From NCBI GenBank assembly GCA_902527545.1, contig CABZPR010000002.1, forward strand, positions 74,407 through 138,406: a stretch of DNA of 64,000 bases. The letters run 5' to 3'. The position numbers and the translations under genes were made by a program. This DNA comes from an uncultured Alphaproteobacteria bacterium (GTDB lineage: Bacteria > Pseudomonadota > Alphaproteobacteria > HIMB59). Below, piece by piece: positions 1 to 10,345 of the stretch (position 1 is its first letter; each line of letters starts with the position of its first letter). Under the pieces are notes generated by a model. That model saw nothing but the letters and a program-made list of their open reading frames with translations. It was not told the origin of the DNA and did not search any database.

Positions 1-605
1 AATAAAGAAGGCTCATAAAGAACACGGCATTTTTTGGGTACCACGTCATTGGGTGTGTTGAAATCAAACCATTTTCCACGAAGAGACATGGAAGACAAGT
101 CTGCAGCCAATAACATTTTGATGCAATAATTTGACATAATTATTAAATATTTTGGGTTAATCAATTCAATCAACCGATAATTGATAAGTTGTAAAATTGA
201 ATTCATTTTGTGGTTATTATCAAACTCACTAAGTCCCCTTGGTATATAAGACACTAAGCTTATTTGTTTCCTATCTAATTTTATTGAGGAAAGCATTTTG
301 TCGAATAACTCACCACTTGCTTTATCTATTATCTTTTCATCAGTAATGTCACATTTACCGTAAAAAAATAAAATCTTCGAATTTTTATCACCTTCTACAA
401 GATTGATTGGTTGATTAATATTTAACTTTAATAATTCAATTTTTAAAAAATCCTCTATTTGCTCAATACTGGTTGCTTTGCTTGGACTATTGATAATATC
501 TATATTTATTTGGTTATCGGAATCATTTTGAGATTTTTTTACTTGAAATTCCTCCAGATTCATCAATTCCAAAAGAATATTTTTTTGGTAGTCTTGGTTA
601 TTCAT
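1..605 (-). CDS. Uracil-DNA glycosylase family 4-like protein, divergent, runs off the window start (partial)
   Basis: Not in the ORF track. Manual translation is open from ATG 605 (alternative ATG 563) to base 1 and includes GELFDKMLSSIKLDR, IELINPKYLII, SLRGKWF and LYEPSLL, which resemble family-4 UDG segments. Confidence 0.7.
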   Translation of the reverse strand, partial: MNNQDYQKNILLELMNLEEFQVKKSQNDSDNQINIDIINSPSKATSIEQIEDFLKIELLKLNINQPINLVEGDKNSKILFFYGKCDITDEKIIDKASGELFDKMLSSIKLDRKQISLVSYIPRGLSEFDNNHKMNSILQLINYRLIELINPKYLIIMSNYCIKMLLAADLSSMSLRGKWFDFNTPNDVVPKKCRVLYEPSL

Positions 606-2202
606 GATTAAAAAATTATCTTTTAGTTTATATTTTATATGTTTTTTTGGATTTATTGTATATGCATATGGGTCTCAATTAAAAAATACTTTCGAAAATC
701 AACTTCTAAGTTCAATTTATTCTGAATACAATAATGATTATTTAATTTGGGAAAAATTACCCAAATATAATTTTTCAAATGACCATACTTCAACCTTACT
801 AAGTAATATTATTATAGGAAATTATACTTTTGATAATATTAGTGAAATTGAAAGTGGGTTTATTCATGAAATTGTTCTTTTTCTAAAGAATCTTGGTGAT
901 GACAAATGCTTAAATATTCCTGACAAAAAACAAATTTATATTTTTGAAGAGGCTATACTAAAAAGCATAAATTTTTGGATGACTTTTTGTAATAAACACA
1001 ATGTTCAAAATAATTTAGAAAATTTGAATGAAATTGATAGTCGCTTTACAAATTTAAGATATATCAATACTATTTTTTACTATCATCATCAAAATGACCT
1101 CAACAATTTAAAAAAAATTAATGAAGAAATAACATCAAATAAAGAAACACTCTCTATCTTTAATTCTAAAGAATTAAATGTAATGGATAGTATTTTCAAT
1201 TATCATAAAATTAATTTTCCACTGTCAGATTTTATTCAGTCATCAACTACTTTTAATAATTTGTCTATACAATTAGATAAAAATTACGTAGTTAAGGATT
1301 ATGAAGACATAATATATCTTCAACTATTTCAAACTAGCACTTATTATTTTTATGCGCGTGAGTATAAAAAAGCACTTGCTTTATTATCTTATTTAATCGA
1401 AATAAATCCAGATAATAGAGATTATTATCTTTATAAAAAAATTTCATTTTTAGCAGAATTAAATCCAAGTAAAGAAATACTAAAATTAATTAAAAACTTT
1501 ACCCCAACTGACAAAAATTTTAATTTTTTTAAAAACTACCTTTATATCTCAACATCATTTGAATTAGACACTGATATGAGTGACTTAGTGTATTTTATAA
1601 ATAATAGCGATCATCAAACTGATTGGATAAATCTAGAGTTATCATTTCTTGTTGCGATGGAAATGTACTTTTTAAATGATAATAGTGGTGCTTTAGATTT
1701 TATAAACGAGTGTTGCATGAGTATTTTAGAGAATTCTGATGATGCAATTCATCTTTTTAAATATGGTATTTTGTTAGAGAGAAATAATGAAATTAAAAAA
1801 GCTGAAGAAATTATCCAAAAAAGTATTGATATATCTGAAAGTTCATATCCTTACATATTAAATTATCTAGCATATTTATGGGTTGAGAATGATAGAAAAT
1901 TAGATCTTGCAGAAAGTATGCTTAAAAAGGCAGTAAAAGACTCAAATTATAATGATGGGGCTATACTTGATAGTTTGGGATGGCTTTATTTTAAGAAAGA
2001 TAACTTAGATTTGGCAGAAAAATGGATTTATGATGCTTATCAACTTGAACCCTCAGAGCCAGAAATAATAGATCATTTATCTCAAATATATTATGAATTA
2101 GGCAGATACAAAGAGTCAAAATTTTTAGATAATAAAATTATACTATTTCATAAAGATTATTTTAAATACGAGGAAGTTTTAGGCAGAAATGAAAATAAGT
2201 AA
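604..2202 (+). CDS. Tetratricopeptide-repeat protein with N-terminal signal/anchor
   Basis: C-terminal TPRs (ILNYLAYLW..., AILDSLGWLYFK..., EPEIIDHL); usual alphaproteobacterial position upstream of ispE. Confidence 0.85.
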   Translation: MIKKLSFSLYFICFFGFIVYAYGSQLKNTFENQLLSSIYSEYNNDYLIWEKLPKYNFSNDHTSTLLSNIIIGNYTFDNISEIESGFIHEIVLFLKNLGDDKCLNIPDKKQIYIFEEAILKSINFWMTFCNKHNVQNNLENLNEIDSRFTNLRYINTIFYYHHQNDLNNLKKINEEITSNKETLSIFNSKELNVMDSIFNYHKINFPLSDFIQSSTTFNNLSIQLDKNYVVKDYEDIIYLQLFQTSTYYFYAREYKKALALLSYLIEINPDNRDYYLYKKISFLAELNPSKEILKLIKNFTPTDKNFNFFKNYLYISTSFELDTDMSDLVYFINNSDHQTDWINLELSFLVAMEMYFLNDNSGALDFINECCMSILENSDDAIHLFKYGILLERNNEIKKAEEIIQKSIDISESSYPYILNYLAYLWVENDRKLDLAESMLKKAVKDSNYNDGAILDSLGWLYFKKDNLDLAEKWIYDAYQLEPSEPEIIDHLSQIYYELGRYKESKFLDNKIILFHKDYFKYEEVLGRNENK

Positions 2203-3007
2203 ATTAACAAGCTATGCTAAAATAAATCTTGATTTAAAAATTAAATATTATGACAAAATTATCAAAAAACATAAGATTTCATCAAAAGTCGCTCTTTTAA
2301 AATTAAATGATTTAATTAAGGTATCTAATTCAACAAAGTTACAAATTACTTATTACGATCAAAATAAAAAAATAATCAAATTGAAAAATGATATTATAGA
2401 AAAATCAATTCTATTTTTTGATAGAAAATACAAAACTAAAACAAAATTAAAATTTTTAGTTTACAAAAAAATACCAGTTGGTTATGGATTAGGAGGCGGA
2501 TCCTCAAATGCAGCCTCAATTTTAAAATTTCTATATAAATATCATCAAATAACTTCAAAAAACTTTGAAAAAGATGCACCTTTAATTGGTTCAGATGTAA
2601 TTATTTTTAAAGATAAATATCCAAAAATAATTGATGGATTAAGTCAGTATAAATACCTCAAGGCAAAAAAATATTATTGGAGGAAAGTTTACTTAATTTT
2701 TCCTTCACAAAAAAATTTAACTAAAAAAATTTATAATTATTTTAAAAACCATAATATGGGAGCAAAAAAACAACTAATATCTCAAAATAACTTAACTAGT
2801 TCATCCATGTTGCTAAATAAAGAGTTTAAAGAATTATTTATGTTCCTTTTGGATTATAGGAGAGATTTCTTAAAATTTGGCATGAGTGGTAGTGGATCTT
2901 CAATTTTTGTATCTTTCAAGAAAATCGCAAAAGAAAGGTCGATTTTTAGGGAGATTAATAAATTTTATCCTTCAGTTAGAATTGAAAAATCCTCTTATTT
3001 CGGATAA
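2189..3007 (+). CDS. ispE: 4-(cytidine 5'-diphospho)-2-C-methyl-D-erythritol kinase
   Basis: AKINLDL, KKIPVGYGLGGGSSNAA (GHMP motif), GSDV, GMSGSGS. Confidence 0.9.
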   Translation: MKISKLTSYAKINLDLKIKYYDKIIKKHKISSKVALLKLNDLIKVSNSTKLQITYYDQNKKIIKLKNDIIEKSILFFDRKYKTKTKLKFLVYKKIPVGYGLGGGSSNAASILKFLYKYHQITSKNFEKDAPLIGSDVIIFKDKYPKIIDGLSQYKYLKAKKYYWRKVYLIFPSQKNLTKKIYNYFKNHNMGAKKQLISQNNLTSSSMLLNKEFKELFMFLLDYRRDFLKFGMSGSGSSIFVSFKKIAKERSIFREINKFYPSVRIEKSSYFG

Positions 3008-3023
3008 GTTCTTTAAATCCTGA

Positions 3024-3098
3024 TGGGGCGTAGCCAAGCGGTAAGGCACCGGTTTTTGGTATCGGCATGCGTAGGTTCGAATCCTACCGCCCCAGCCA
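3024..3098 (+). tRNA. tRNA-Gln(TTG)
   Basis: Acceptor stem TGGGGCG/CGCCCCA, D arm, anticodon arm CCGGT-TTTTGGT-ATCGG, GTTCGAATC T-loop, encoded CCA end. Confidence 0.97.
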
Positions 3099-3123
3099 TA
3101 TCTAAGCTATAAATTGAAATAAT

Positions 3124-4941
3124 ATGAAACAACTTTTATTTTCACTTAAAGAGGGATCAGTTAGTTATCATAAAAAAGAAATTTTAAAGGAACTTGATAT
3201 AAATATTCATCGAAAAGATTTTATTGCGCTTGTTGGTAAAAATGGGGCAGGGAAATCAACCCTAATGAATGTCATATCAGGTCAACATGATATTGATGCT
3301 GGTGAAAAATGGAGTATTGATAATTTTGCTGTAAATTATTTCAACCAAAATTTTGCATTAAATGATGATAATAACACCGTTGAGCAAGAAATTTTATCTG
3401 TAATCAAAAATCAAGATAATAATTATGAGATAGATATATTTTGCAATAATTTAAGTATTGATAAAAACAGTTTAATTAAACATTTATCTGGGGGGCAAAA
3501 AAGGAGAGTAGGGCTAATCAAAAATTTAATCAAACCATCTGATCTTTTGCTATTAGATGAACCAACTAATCATTTAGACTTGGACACAATTATTTGGCTA
3601 GAAAATTATTTAAAAAAACTAGATTGTGCAATTTTATGTGTAAGTCATGATCGACAATTTCTAAAAAACTTTACAAATAAAATATTATGGATAGATCGAT
3701 CTAAAATAAAAATAAACTACAAAGGTTATAGTGATTTTGATAATTGGTCTGAGACTCTTTTATCACAAGAAGAGAGAGAACTACAAAATAGGAAGCAATT
3801 TGTCAATTTAGAGGTGAATTGGGCTAATAAAGGAGTTAAAGCAAGAGTTAAAAGAAATACCAGAAGGTTAGAACAAGCTAAAGACTTAAAGGAAAATTTA
3901 GACAAAGATATTAGCGAATTTAAAAAAGCTACAAAAAAGATTGAAATTAATCAAATTTATGAGAATTCAAAGAATTTTAAAAATGTTGCAGAGTTTCACA
4001 ATGCAGAATTTTACTATGAAGAAAATAATAAAAATTTTATTTTAAAAAACTTTAATTTAAAAATAAGTAAAAAAGATAGAATTGGTCTTTTGGGAGGTAA
4101 TGGATCAGGAAAAACAACTTTTTTAAAAATTTTGCTTAATGAACTGAATTTAAAATCGGGAACTTTAAAATTAAGAAAAGAGTTAGAATTTTCCTATTTT
4201 GACCAATTAAGAAATGATTTAAAAGACAATTTACCAATAAAGAAGGTCTTAGTCCCCTCTGGTGGCGATTACTTAAAAACGCAGGGTAAAGAGAGACATG
4301 TATGCAGTTATTTAAAAGATTTCCATTTTGATCCATCTAAAGCAAATGATCCTGTCGGGAGTTTATCTGGTGGAATGAAAAATCGACTACTTTTATCAAA
4401 AGTCTTATCAAATCCTAAAAGTGGCTTAATCTTAGATGAGCCTACTAATGACCTTGATATTGATACTTTAGATTTAGTAGAGTCTATACTTTCTAATTAC
4501 AACGGGACTCTCGTAGTTGTTTCACACAATAGAGATTTTTTAGACAAATTAGTAAATAAAATATTATTTTTCAAAGGAAATGGTGATGTTTTGTTATTTA
4601 ATGGTGGCTATCATGACTTCTTAAAAAACAAAGATCTTCTTGAGAAAGATACTAATAACTATTCTCAAAATGAAAATAAATCTGAAAAGAAAAATATAAA
4701 TTTAAAAAATTTACATAAAAAAAAGTTAACCTTTAAATTACAATATGAGCTTAATAATTTACCCAAGCAAATAGACCTTTTGAAAGAAGAAATTGTTCAT
4801 TTTGAAAAAATCATAGAGGCACCAGATCTTTATAAAAAGGACTATGAGTTATTTATTACCACAACTAAAAAATTAGGCTCTCTCCAAATAGAATTGGAAA
4901 ATAAAGAGCAAAGATGGCTAGAACTCATGGAATTAAATTAG
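3124..4941 (+). CDS. uup: ABC-F family ATPase (Uup-like)
   Basis: Two NBDs (GKNGAGKST, LSGGQ, LDEPTNHLD; GGNGSGKTT, LSGGM, LDEPTNDLD) and a C-terminal coiled coil ending RWLEL. Confidence 0.88.
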   Translation: MKQLLFSLKEGSVSYHKKEILKELDINIHRKDFIALVGKNGAGKSTLMNVISGQHDIDAGEKWSIDNFAVNYFNQNFALNDDNNTVEQEILSVIKNQDNNYEIDIFCNNLSIDKNSLIKHLSGGQKRRVGLIKNLIKPSDLLLLDEPTNHLDLDTIIWLENYLKKLDCAILCVSHDRQFLKNFTNKILWIDRSKIKINYKGYSDFDNWSETLLSQEERELQNRKQFVNLEVNWANKGVKARVKRNTRRLEQAKDLKENLDKDISEFKKATKKIEINQIYENSKNFKNVAEFHNAEFYYEENNKNFILKNFNLKISKKDRIGLLGGNGSGKTTFLKILLNELNLKSGTLKLRKELEFSYFDQLRNDLKDNLPIKKVLVPSGGDYLKTQGKERHVCSYLKDFHFDPSKANDPVGSLSGGMKNRLLLSKVLSNPKSGLILDEPTNDLDIDTLDLVESILSNYNGTLVVVSHNRDFLDKLVNKILFFKGNGDVLLFNGGYHDFLKNKDLLEKDTNNYSQNENKSEKKNINLKNLHKKKLTFKLQYELNNLPKQIDLLKEEIVHFEKIIEAPDLYKKDYELFITTTKKLGSLQIELENKEQRWLELMELN

Positions 4942-4944
4942 AAG

Positions 4945-5670
4945 ATGAATTTAAAAAAAAAAGTAGAAGAAATCTCTAATATTTCTCATTTTGATGAAAT
5001 CTGCAGTATGCTTCCATTTGAAAATAAAGATATTTATTTTATTGGAGGAGCTACTAGGTCTTTATTATCAGATAATTACGAAAACAAAGATATTGATGTA
5101 GTTATTCCAGAATTAGATGATCGAACGGTCGATAAAATTTTAGATAAATATGATAGTGCAAAATATTATCAAGGTTATAAAAGTATATCATTTGAATTAG
5201 GTGATTTTGAGTTCCAGATAAATTCATTTAGAAAAGATGTAGCCCCATCTGGAAGACATTCAAAAATTGCTAATGCTTTGAGTATAAAAGAGGACTCTTT
5301 AAGAAGAGATTTTACATTTAATAGCATATACATAAATTTAATCGGGGAGGTGTTCGATTTTTATTCAGGTGTTGAGCATTTTAAAAATAATTACTTGAAG
5401 TTTATTTTTGACCCAATTGTACAAATTCAAAAAGATTATCTAAGAGCAATAAGATATATCAGGTTTCTATCATTATTTGAAAATACAAAAACCTTTCCAG
5501 CTGATTTGGAAGCTATAATGTTACTATCAAAAAACATTACAGATTTTGTAAAAGAAAAAAAAATATCACAAGAGCTAAATAAGATCTACAAGATGCCATT
5601 TCCAAAAAATACCATTTCTTTTTTAAAAGAGAATAATGAGCTGAGGCAATTTTTAGATTTTTTATCTTAA
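4945..5670 (+). CDS. cca: Class II tRNA nucleotidyltransferase (CCA-adding/poly(A) polymerase family), short form
   Basis: IGGATR...DIDV, EDSLRRDFTFNS, KDYLRAIRYIRF; only 241 aa. Confidence 0.8.
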   Translation: MNLKKKVEEISNISHFDEICSMLPFENKDIYFIGGATRSLLSDNYENKDIDVVIPELDDRTVDKILDKYDSAKYYQGYKSISFELGDFEFQINSFRKDVAPSGRHSKIANALSIKEDSLRRDFTFNSIYINLIGEVFDFYSGVEHFKNNYLKFIFDPIVQIQKDYLRAIRYIRFLSLFENTKTFPADLEAIMLLSKNITDFVKEKKISQELNKIYKMPFPKNTISFLKENNELRQFLDFLS

Positions 5671-6122
5671 AAATCAGCTTTAATAGATGAAACTACAATT
5701 GCAACAGAGGTAGCAAGATTTAATGATCTTGTTTTGCTGTTTATCGGTATTGTTATTTTGTTATTGACAGTATTATGAATTGTTTCTGGCACACCTGCTG
5801 TTTCTTTTCCAAATAAAATAATATCATTATCTTCGAACTCAAACCCGTAAAGGTTATTATCAGTCTTAGTAGTAGCTAAGATTATCCTATTATTATTTTT
5901 TTTTGAGTAGAGATAAAAATTATCCCAATTTTCATGATTTATAATTTCACAATAATCTATGTAATCCATCACAGCGCCTTTGAATCTTTTATCTGTCATG
6001 GAAAAAGGCAAAGGTTTGATTATGTGAAGGGGAAATTCTAAACAAGCAGCGGTTCTGATAATCACACCAAGATTTTGAGGCATATCGGGCTGATAGAGGC
6101 AAATTGCAAATTTATGCGTCAT
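5667..6122 (-). CDS. trmL: tRNA (cytidine/uridine(34)-2'-O)-methyltransferase
   Basis: LYQPDMPQNLG, LFGKETAG, RSLNLA SPOUT motifs. Confidence 0.92.
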   Translation of the reverse strand: MTHKFAICLYQPDMPQNLGVIIRTAACLEFPLHIIKPLPFSMTDKRFKGAVMDYIDYCEIINHENWDNFYLYSKKNNNRIILATTKTDNNLYGFEFEDNDIILFGKETAGVPETIHNTVNNKITIPINSKTRSLNLATSVAIVVSSIKADF

Positions 6123-6179
6123 GATGACTACTACTTATGCTACATCTTACCAATAAAATCTACTTAGATTTAAACCCAA

Positions 6180-6704
6180 ATGTCAGATAGTAAAAAACCA
6201 AGAAGAGATTTTATTAAATTATCAGCAATGACTTTAGGAGGGGTTGGGGCTGCTAGTTTACTTATTCCTTTTATATCAAGCATGAATCCAGGCAAAGATA
6301 CTCTAGCCCTGGCATCAACTGAAATAGATTTATCTCCCTTGGAAGAGGGCCAGAGTTTGACAGTAATATGGAGAGGTAAACCTGTTTTTATAAAACATCG
6401 AACAAAAAGTGAAATAGAAAGTGCTAGAAATACTTCTTTAGAGGATCTACCAGATGCAGAGGAGGACTCTGCCAGAGTTCAAAAAGATAATTGGTTAGTT
6501 GTATTAGGTGTTTGTACTCATTTAGGTTGTGTACCTCTTGGACAAAAAGCTTCGGATACAAAAGGAGACTACGGCGGTTGGTTCTGCCCTTGTCATGGTT
6601 CTCATTATGATACTTCTGGCAGGATAAGAAAAGGACCAGCTCCAACTAACTTACCTGTCCCCCCTTACATTTTTTTAACTGATAACAGAATAAAGATAGG
6701 ATAA
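6180..6704 (+). CDS. petA: Cytochrome bc1 Rieske iron-sulfur subunit
   Basis: Tat motif RRDF; CTHLGC and CPCHGS. Confidence 0.98.
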   Translation: MSDSKKPRRDFIKLSAMTLGGVGAASLLIPFISSMNPGKDTLALASTEIDLSPLEEGQSLTVIWRGKPVFIKHRTKSEIESARNTSLEDLPDAEEDSARVQKDNWLVVLGVCTHLGCVPLGQKASDTKGDYGGWFCPCHGSHYDTSGRIRKGPAPTNLPVPPYIFLTDNRIKIG

Positions 6705-6708
6705 TTTA

Positions 6709-7953
6709 ATGAGTTCAAATGAATTACAAGGTTATAAAAAAACACTAAATTCACCATACACTGGTATAAAAGGTTGGATTGATTCTAGACTTCCTCTTAT
6801 AAGAATGATGGAAGCAGAATATTTGAAGTTTCCTGTCCCTAAATCACTCAATTACTTTTGGTCATTTGGTGGTATAGCCATGTTTTGTCTTATAGGATTA
6901 ATTTTAACTGGAATTTTTTTAGGGTTTCATTATAAGCCTTCAGCAGATGATGCTTTTGACTCTGTTGAAAGGATCATGAGAGACGTTAGTTTTGGTTGGT
7001 TAATTAGATATTTGCATGCCAACTTAGTGTCTTTTTTCTTTATAGCTACTTTTATACACATATTTAGAGCTTTATATTTTGGATCATACAAGGCACCTAG
7101 AGAGTTAGTCTACATTTTCGGTTTGACCATGTTCATGCTGATGATGGCAACTGCATTTCTAGGATATACACTCCCATGGGGTCAGATGTCTTATTGGGGA
7201 GCAACAGTTATAACTAATCTTTTTTCAGCTATTCCTGTTGTAGGAGATGCTATACTCACATTACTTCTTGGTGACTTCACCGTTGGTGACTCGGCTGTTA
7301 ATCGTTTTTATGTTCTTCATTGGCTATTAGCTTTCGCAATTGTCGGTTTAGTTGTTTTTCACGTAATTACGTTGCACATGACTGGTTCAAATAATCCGAC
7401 TGGCACAGAGCCTCAGAGTTGGGATGAAACAGTGAGTTTTCATCCATATGTAACTATTAAAGATTTAAATGCTACAATATTTTTCTTTATCATTTTGGCA
7501 TTTATTCTCTTTTATTATCCAAATATTTTAGGTCACTCCGATAATTACATTAAAGCTAATCCTATGGTAACTCCCGCACATATTGTGCCTGAATGGTACT
7601 TTCTACCTTTCTATGCAATACTTAGAGCTATTCCAGATAAACTAGGTGGTGTAATAGCTATGTTTAGTTCCATTCTAGCATTAGGCTTATTACCATGGCT
7701 TGACACATCTAAAGTTAGATCATGTTTATTTAGACCTATCTGGAGATATTGTGTTCTCTTATTTGCAGTAAACTTTTTGGTTCTTATGTATGTTGGAGGG
7801 AAACCTGCTGAGGGTCTTTATGTACTTATCTCAAGGATTGGAACTGCATATTGGTTTTTGTTTATATTTGTTTTAGCGCCACTTGTAGGATTTTTAGAAA
7901 CACCACGACAACCGCTAACTATTACAAATTATTTACAAAGTAAAAAAGCCTAA
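6709..7953 (+). CDS. petB: Cytochrome b
   Basis: PWGQMSYWGATVITN, PEWY motif, heme-ligand histidines. Confidence 0.98.
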   Translation: MSSNELQGYKKTLNSPYTGIKGWIDSRLPLIRMMEAEYLKFPVPKSLNYFWSFGGIAMFCLIGLILTGIFLGFHYKPSADDAFDSVERIMRDVSFGWLIRYLHANLVSFFFIATFIHIFRALYFGSYKAPRELVYIFGLTMFMLMMATAFLGYTLPWGQMSYWGATVITNLFSAIPVVGDAILTLLLGDFTVGDSAVNRFYVLHWLLAFAIVGLVVFHVITLHMTGSNNPTGTEPQSWDETVSFHPYVTIKDLNATIFFFIILAFILFYYPNILGHSDNYIKANPMVTPAHIVPEWYFLPFYAILRAIPDKLGGVIAMFSSILALGLLPWLDTSKVRSCLFRPIWRYCVLLFAVNFLVLMYVGGKPAEGLYVLISRIGTAYWFLFIFVLAPLVGFLETPRQPLTITNYLQSKKA

Positions 7954-7954
7954 T

Positions 7955-8707
7955 ATGAGAAAAGCTCTACTGGCCATTTTTTTACTTTTTAGTTTCAACT
8001 CATATGGTGCTGGAGCAAAAATTGATATTCCAAAATATGATTGGTCTTGGAAAGGATTTTTCGGAACATATGATCGTGCCTCAGCTCAAAGAGGTCTAAA
8101 AGTTTACAGAGAAGTTTGTGCGGGATGCCATTCCATGGATTATTTGTCTTATAGAAATTTAGTGGACCTAGGTTTTAGTGAAGATCACATTAAAGCTATT
8201 GCAGCCGAACATTTAGTTTTAGATGGACCAAATGACGAGGGAGAAATGTTCGAGAGAGACGGAATTCCTTCAGATCAGTTTGTTAATCCATATCTAAATG
8301 AAAAGGCTGCTAGAGCGGCGAATAACGGCGCTTACCCGCCTGATTTGTCTTTAATAGTTAAAGCCAGACCTAAAGGCGCTGATTATATTAAAGCATTATT
8401 GCTTGGTTATGTTGAACCACCAGAAGATATGAAAGTTCCAAAAGGCCAACACTACAACAAATATATGGCAGGTAATCTAATTGCCATGACATCGCCATTA
8501 TCAGAAGGTCTTGTTGATTACGATGATGGAACTGAAAGCACAATGGATCAAATGACAACAGATGTTACAACATTTTTAGCCTGGGCAGCTGAGCCTAGTT
8601 TAGAAGATAGAAAGAGAATGGGTTTAAAAGTGATACTATTTTTATTGGTGTTGTTTGTGCTAGCCTATATCTCTAAACAACAAATTTGGAGAGATATTAA
8701 ACGTTAA
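7955..8707 (+). CDS. petC: Cytochrome c1
   Basis: CAGCH heme motif, PPDLS, C-terminal TM anchor. Confidence 0.98.
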   Translation: MRKALLAIFLLFSFNSYGAGAKIDIPKYDWSWKGFFGTYDRASAQRGLKVYREVCAGCHSMDYLSYRNLVDLGFSEDHIKAIAAEHLVLDGPNDEGEMFERDGIPSDQFVNPYLNEKAARAANNGAYPPDLSLIVKARPKGADYIKALLLGYVEPPEDMKVPKGQHYNKYMAGNLIAMTSPLSEGLVDYDDGTESTMDQMTTDVTTFLAWAAEPSLEDRKRMGLKVILFLLVLFVLAYISKQQIWRDIKR

Positions 8708-9782
8708 ATAAAAAGTGGATGATATCACCATCTTTGACTACATATTCTTTTCCTTCTAACCTTAACTTTCCCTTTTCCTTAGCACCACTTTCTCCTTTGT
8801 ATTGAATATAATCTTCATATGATATTGTTTCAGCCCTTATAAAACCTTTTTCCATATCACTATGAATTTCCCCAGCAGCATTGGGTGCTAACGTACCTTT
8901 TATTATTGTCCATGCTCTTAGTTCTTTCTCACCAGCAGTAAAAAAATTTATATAATTTAGAAGTTCATAACCTTTTTTAATAACTCTTTTAAGACCAGTT
9001 TCTTTAAGGCCTAAAGTATCAAGAAACATTTTTTTTTCTTCATAATCATTTATTTGTGAAATTTCAGACTCAATTTTAGCACTTACAAGCAGTATCTCTG
9101 AGTCATTTAATTTAGAGTATTCCTCAATAGACTTTGTATATGCATTTCCATTTACAGAAGAATTTTCATCAACATTGCAAACATATACAACAGGTTTTAT
9201 AGATATAAGTTGAAAGATATGCAAATATTTAATCTCATCTTTATTTAAGTTGTTCAAAATTCCTTTTTCTTTAGAAATAAGATCTATTGCTTTTTCAATT
9301 ATCAATATCTTTTTTTTATCATCATCTGTTTTTTGAGTTTTTTTTAGTTTCTGATAATTCTTTTCCAAAATCTCTAGATCAGATAATGCTAATTCTGCGT
9401 TAATAATTTTGATATCTTCAAGAGGATTAATTCTATTTTCAACGTGTTGTATATCATCATCTTCAAAACATCTTACAATATGAAATAACGCATTTACTGA
9501 GCGTATATGCGATAAAAAAGCATTCCCAAGACCCTCTCCTTTAGAGGCTCCTTTTACTAGACCTGCAATATCAACTATTTCAAAAGCTGCAGGAATTATT
9601 TTTTGAGGGTTGCATATTTTAGCGAGTTTTTGAATTCTATCATCTGGCACTCTTACTAAAGAGCTATTCGGGTCAATTGTTGCAAATGGATAATTAGCTG
9701 CCAGGGCTTGCTCATTTTCGCATAAAGCATTAAATAAAGTTGACTTGCCAACATTTGGAAGGCCTATAATTCCACACTTCAT
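8697..9782 (-). CDS. ychF: Redox-regulated ATPase YchF
   Basis: GLPNVGKST, ANYPFATIDPN, DIAGLVKGAS. Confidence 0.97.
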   Translation of the reverse strand: MKCGIIGLPNVGKSTLFNALCENEQALAANYPFATIDPNSSLVRVPDDRIQKLAKICNPQKIIPAAFEIVDIAGLVKGASKGEGLGNAFLSHIRSVNALFHIVRCFEDDDIQHVENRINPLEDIKIINAELALSDLEILEKNYQKLKKTQKTDDDKKKILIIEKAIDLISKEKGILNNLNKDEIKYLHIFQLISIKPVVYVCNVDENSSVNGNAYTKSIEEYSKLNDSEILLVSAKIESEISQINDYEEKKMFLDTLGLKETGLKRVIKKGYELLNYINFFTAGEKELRAWTIIKGTLAPNAAGEIHSDMEKGFIRAETISYEDYIQYKGESGAKEKGKLRLEGKEYVVKDGDIIHFLFNV

Positions 9783-10331
9783 TTAAATGCCTATATTAGA
9801 TAAATGTTTCGATACAAATATCTGTGATAAGTTTAGGTATATAACTTCAAATAATAAAACGAGTTGTCTCTTTTCTTCTGTATTAAAGTTACCAAGTACA
9901 TGTCTTGTTACCTTATCTTTATCACCAGGATGACCGATTCCAATCCTGAGTTTCCAATAGTTATCTCCAATTTTACTACTAATACTTCTAAGACCATTAT
10001 GACCAGCGTTTCCGCCTGCATATTTAATTTTAATTTCCCCTAAATCGAGGTCTAGTTCGTCATATAAAACAAATATTTCATCAGACTTACTGAGCTTATT
10101 TGTTTTGAGGCTCAGTACACCGTCTCCAGATTCATTCATGTAACTTTCAGATAAAGCGATTTGACATTTTTGCCCATCAAGTAGAAAAGAATTAGAAAGT
10201 TTATAACTCTTAAACTTTTTTAGTTTGAGTTCTAATTTATCAACTAGAAATTCACCAAGTAGTAGTCCAGCGTTATGCCTATTATTTAAATGTTTAACTG
10301 TTGGATTGCCTAAGCAAAATAGAGTAAGCAT
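9783..10331 (-). CDS. pth: Peptidyl-tRNA hydrolase
   Basis: LGNP, RHNAG, YMNESG, GHNGLRS, LRIGIGHP. Confidence 0.95.
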   Translation of the reverse strand: MLTLFCLGNPTVKHLNNRHNAGLLLGEFLVDKLELKLKKFKSYKLSNSFLLDGQKCQIALSESYMNESGDGVLSLKTNKLSKSDEIFVLYDELDLDLGEIKIKYAGGNAGHNGLRSISSKIGDNYWKLRIGIGHPGDKDKVTRHVLGNFNTEEKRQLVLLFEVIYLNLSQIFVSKHLSNIGI

Positions 10332-10345
10332 ATAGGTAGACTATA

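Noticed and set aside
3024-3123. tRNA-Gln as an island integration site
   Set aside because: Followed directly by housekeeping genes; no integrase and no duplicated tRNA 3' end seen.
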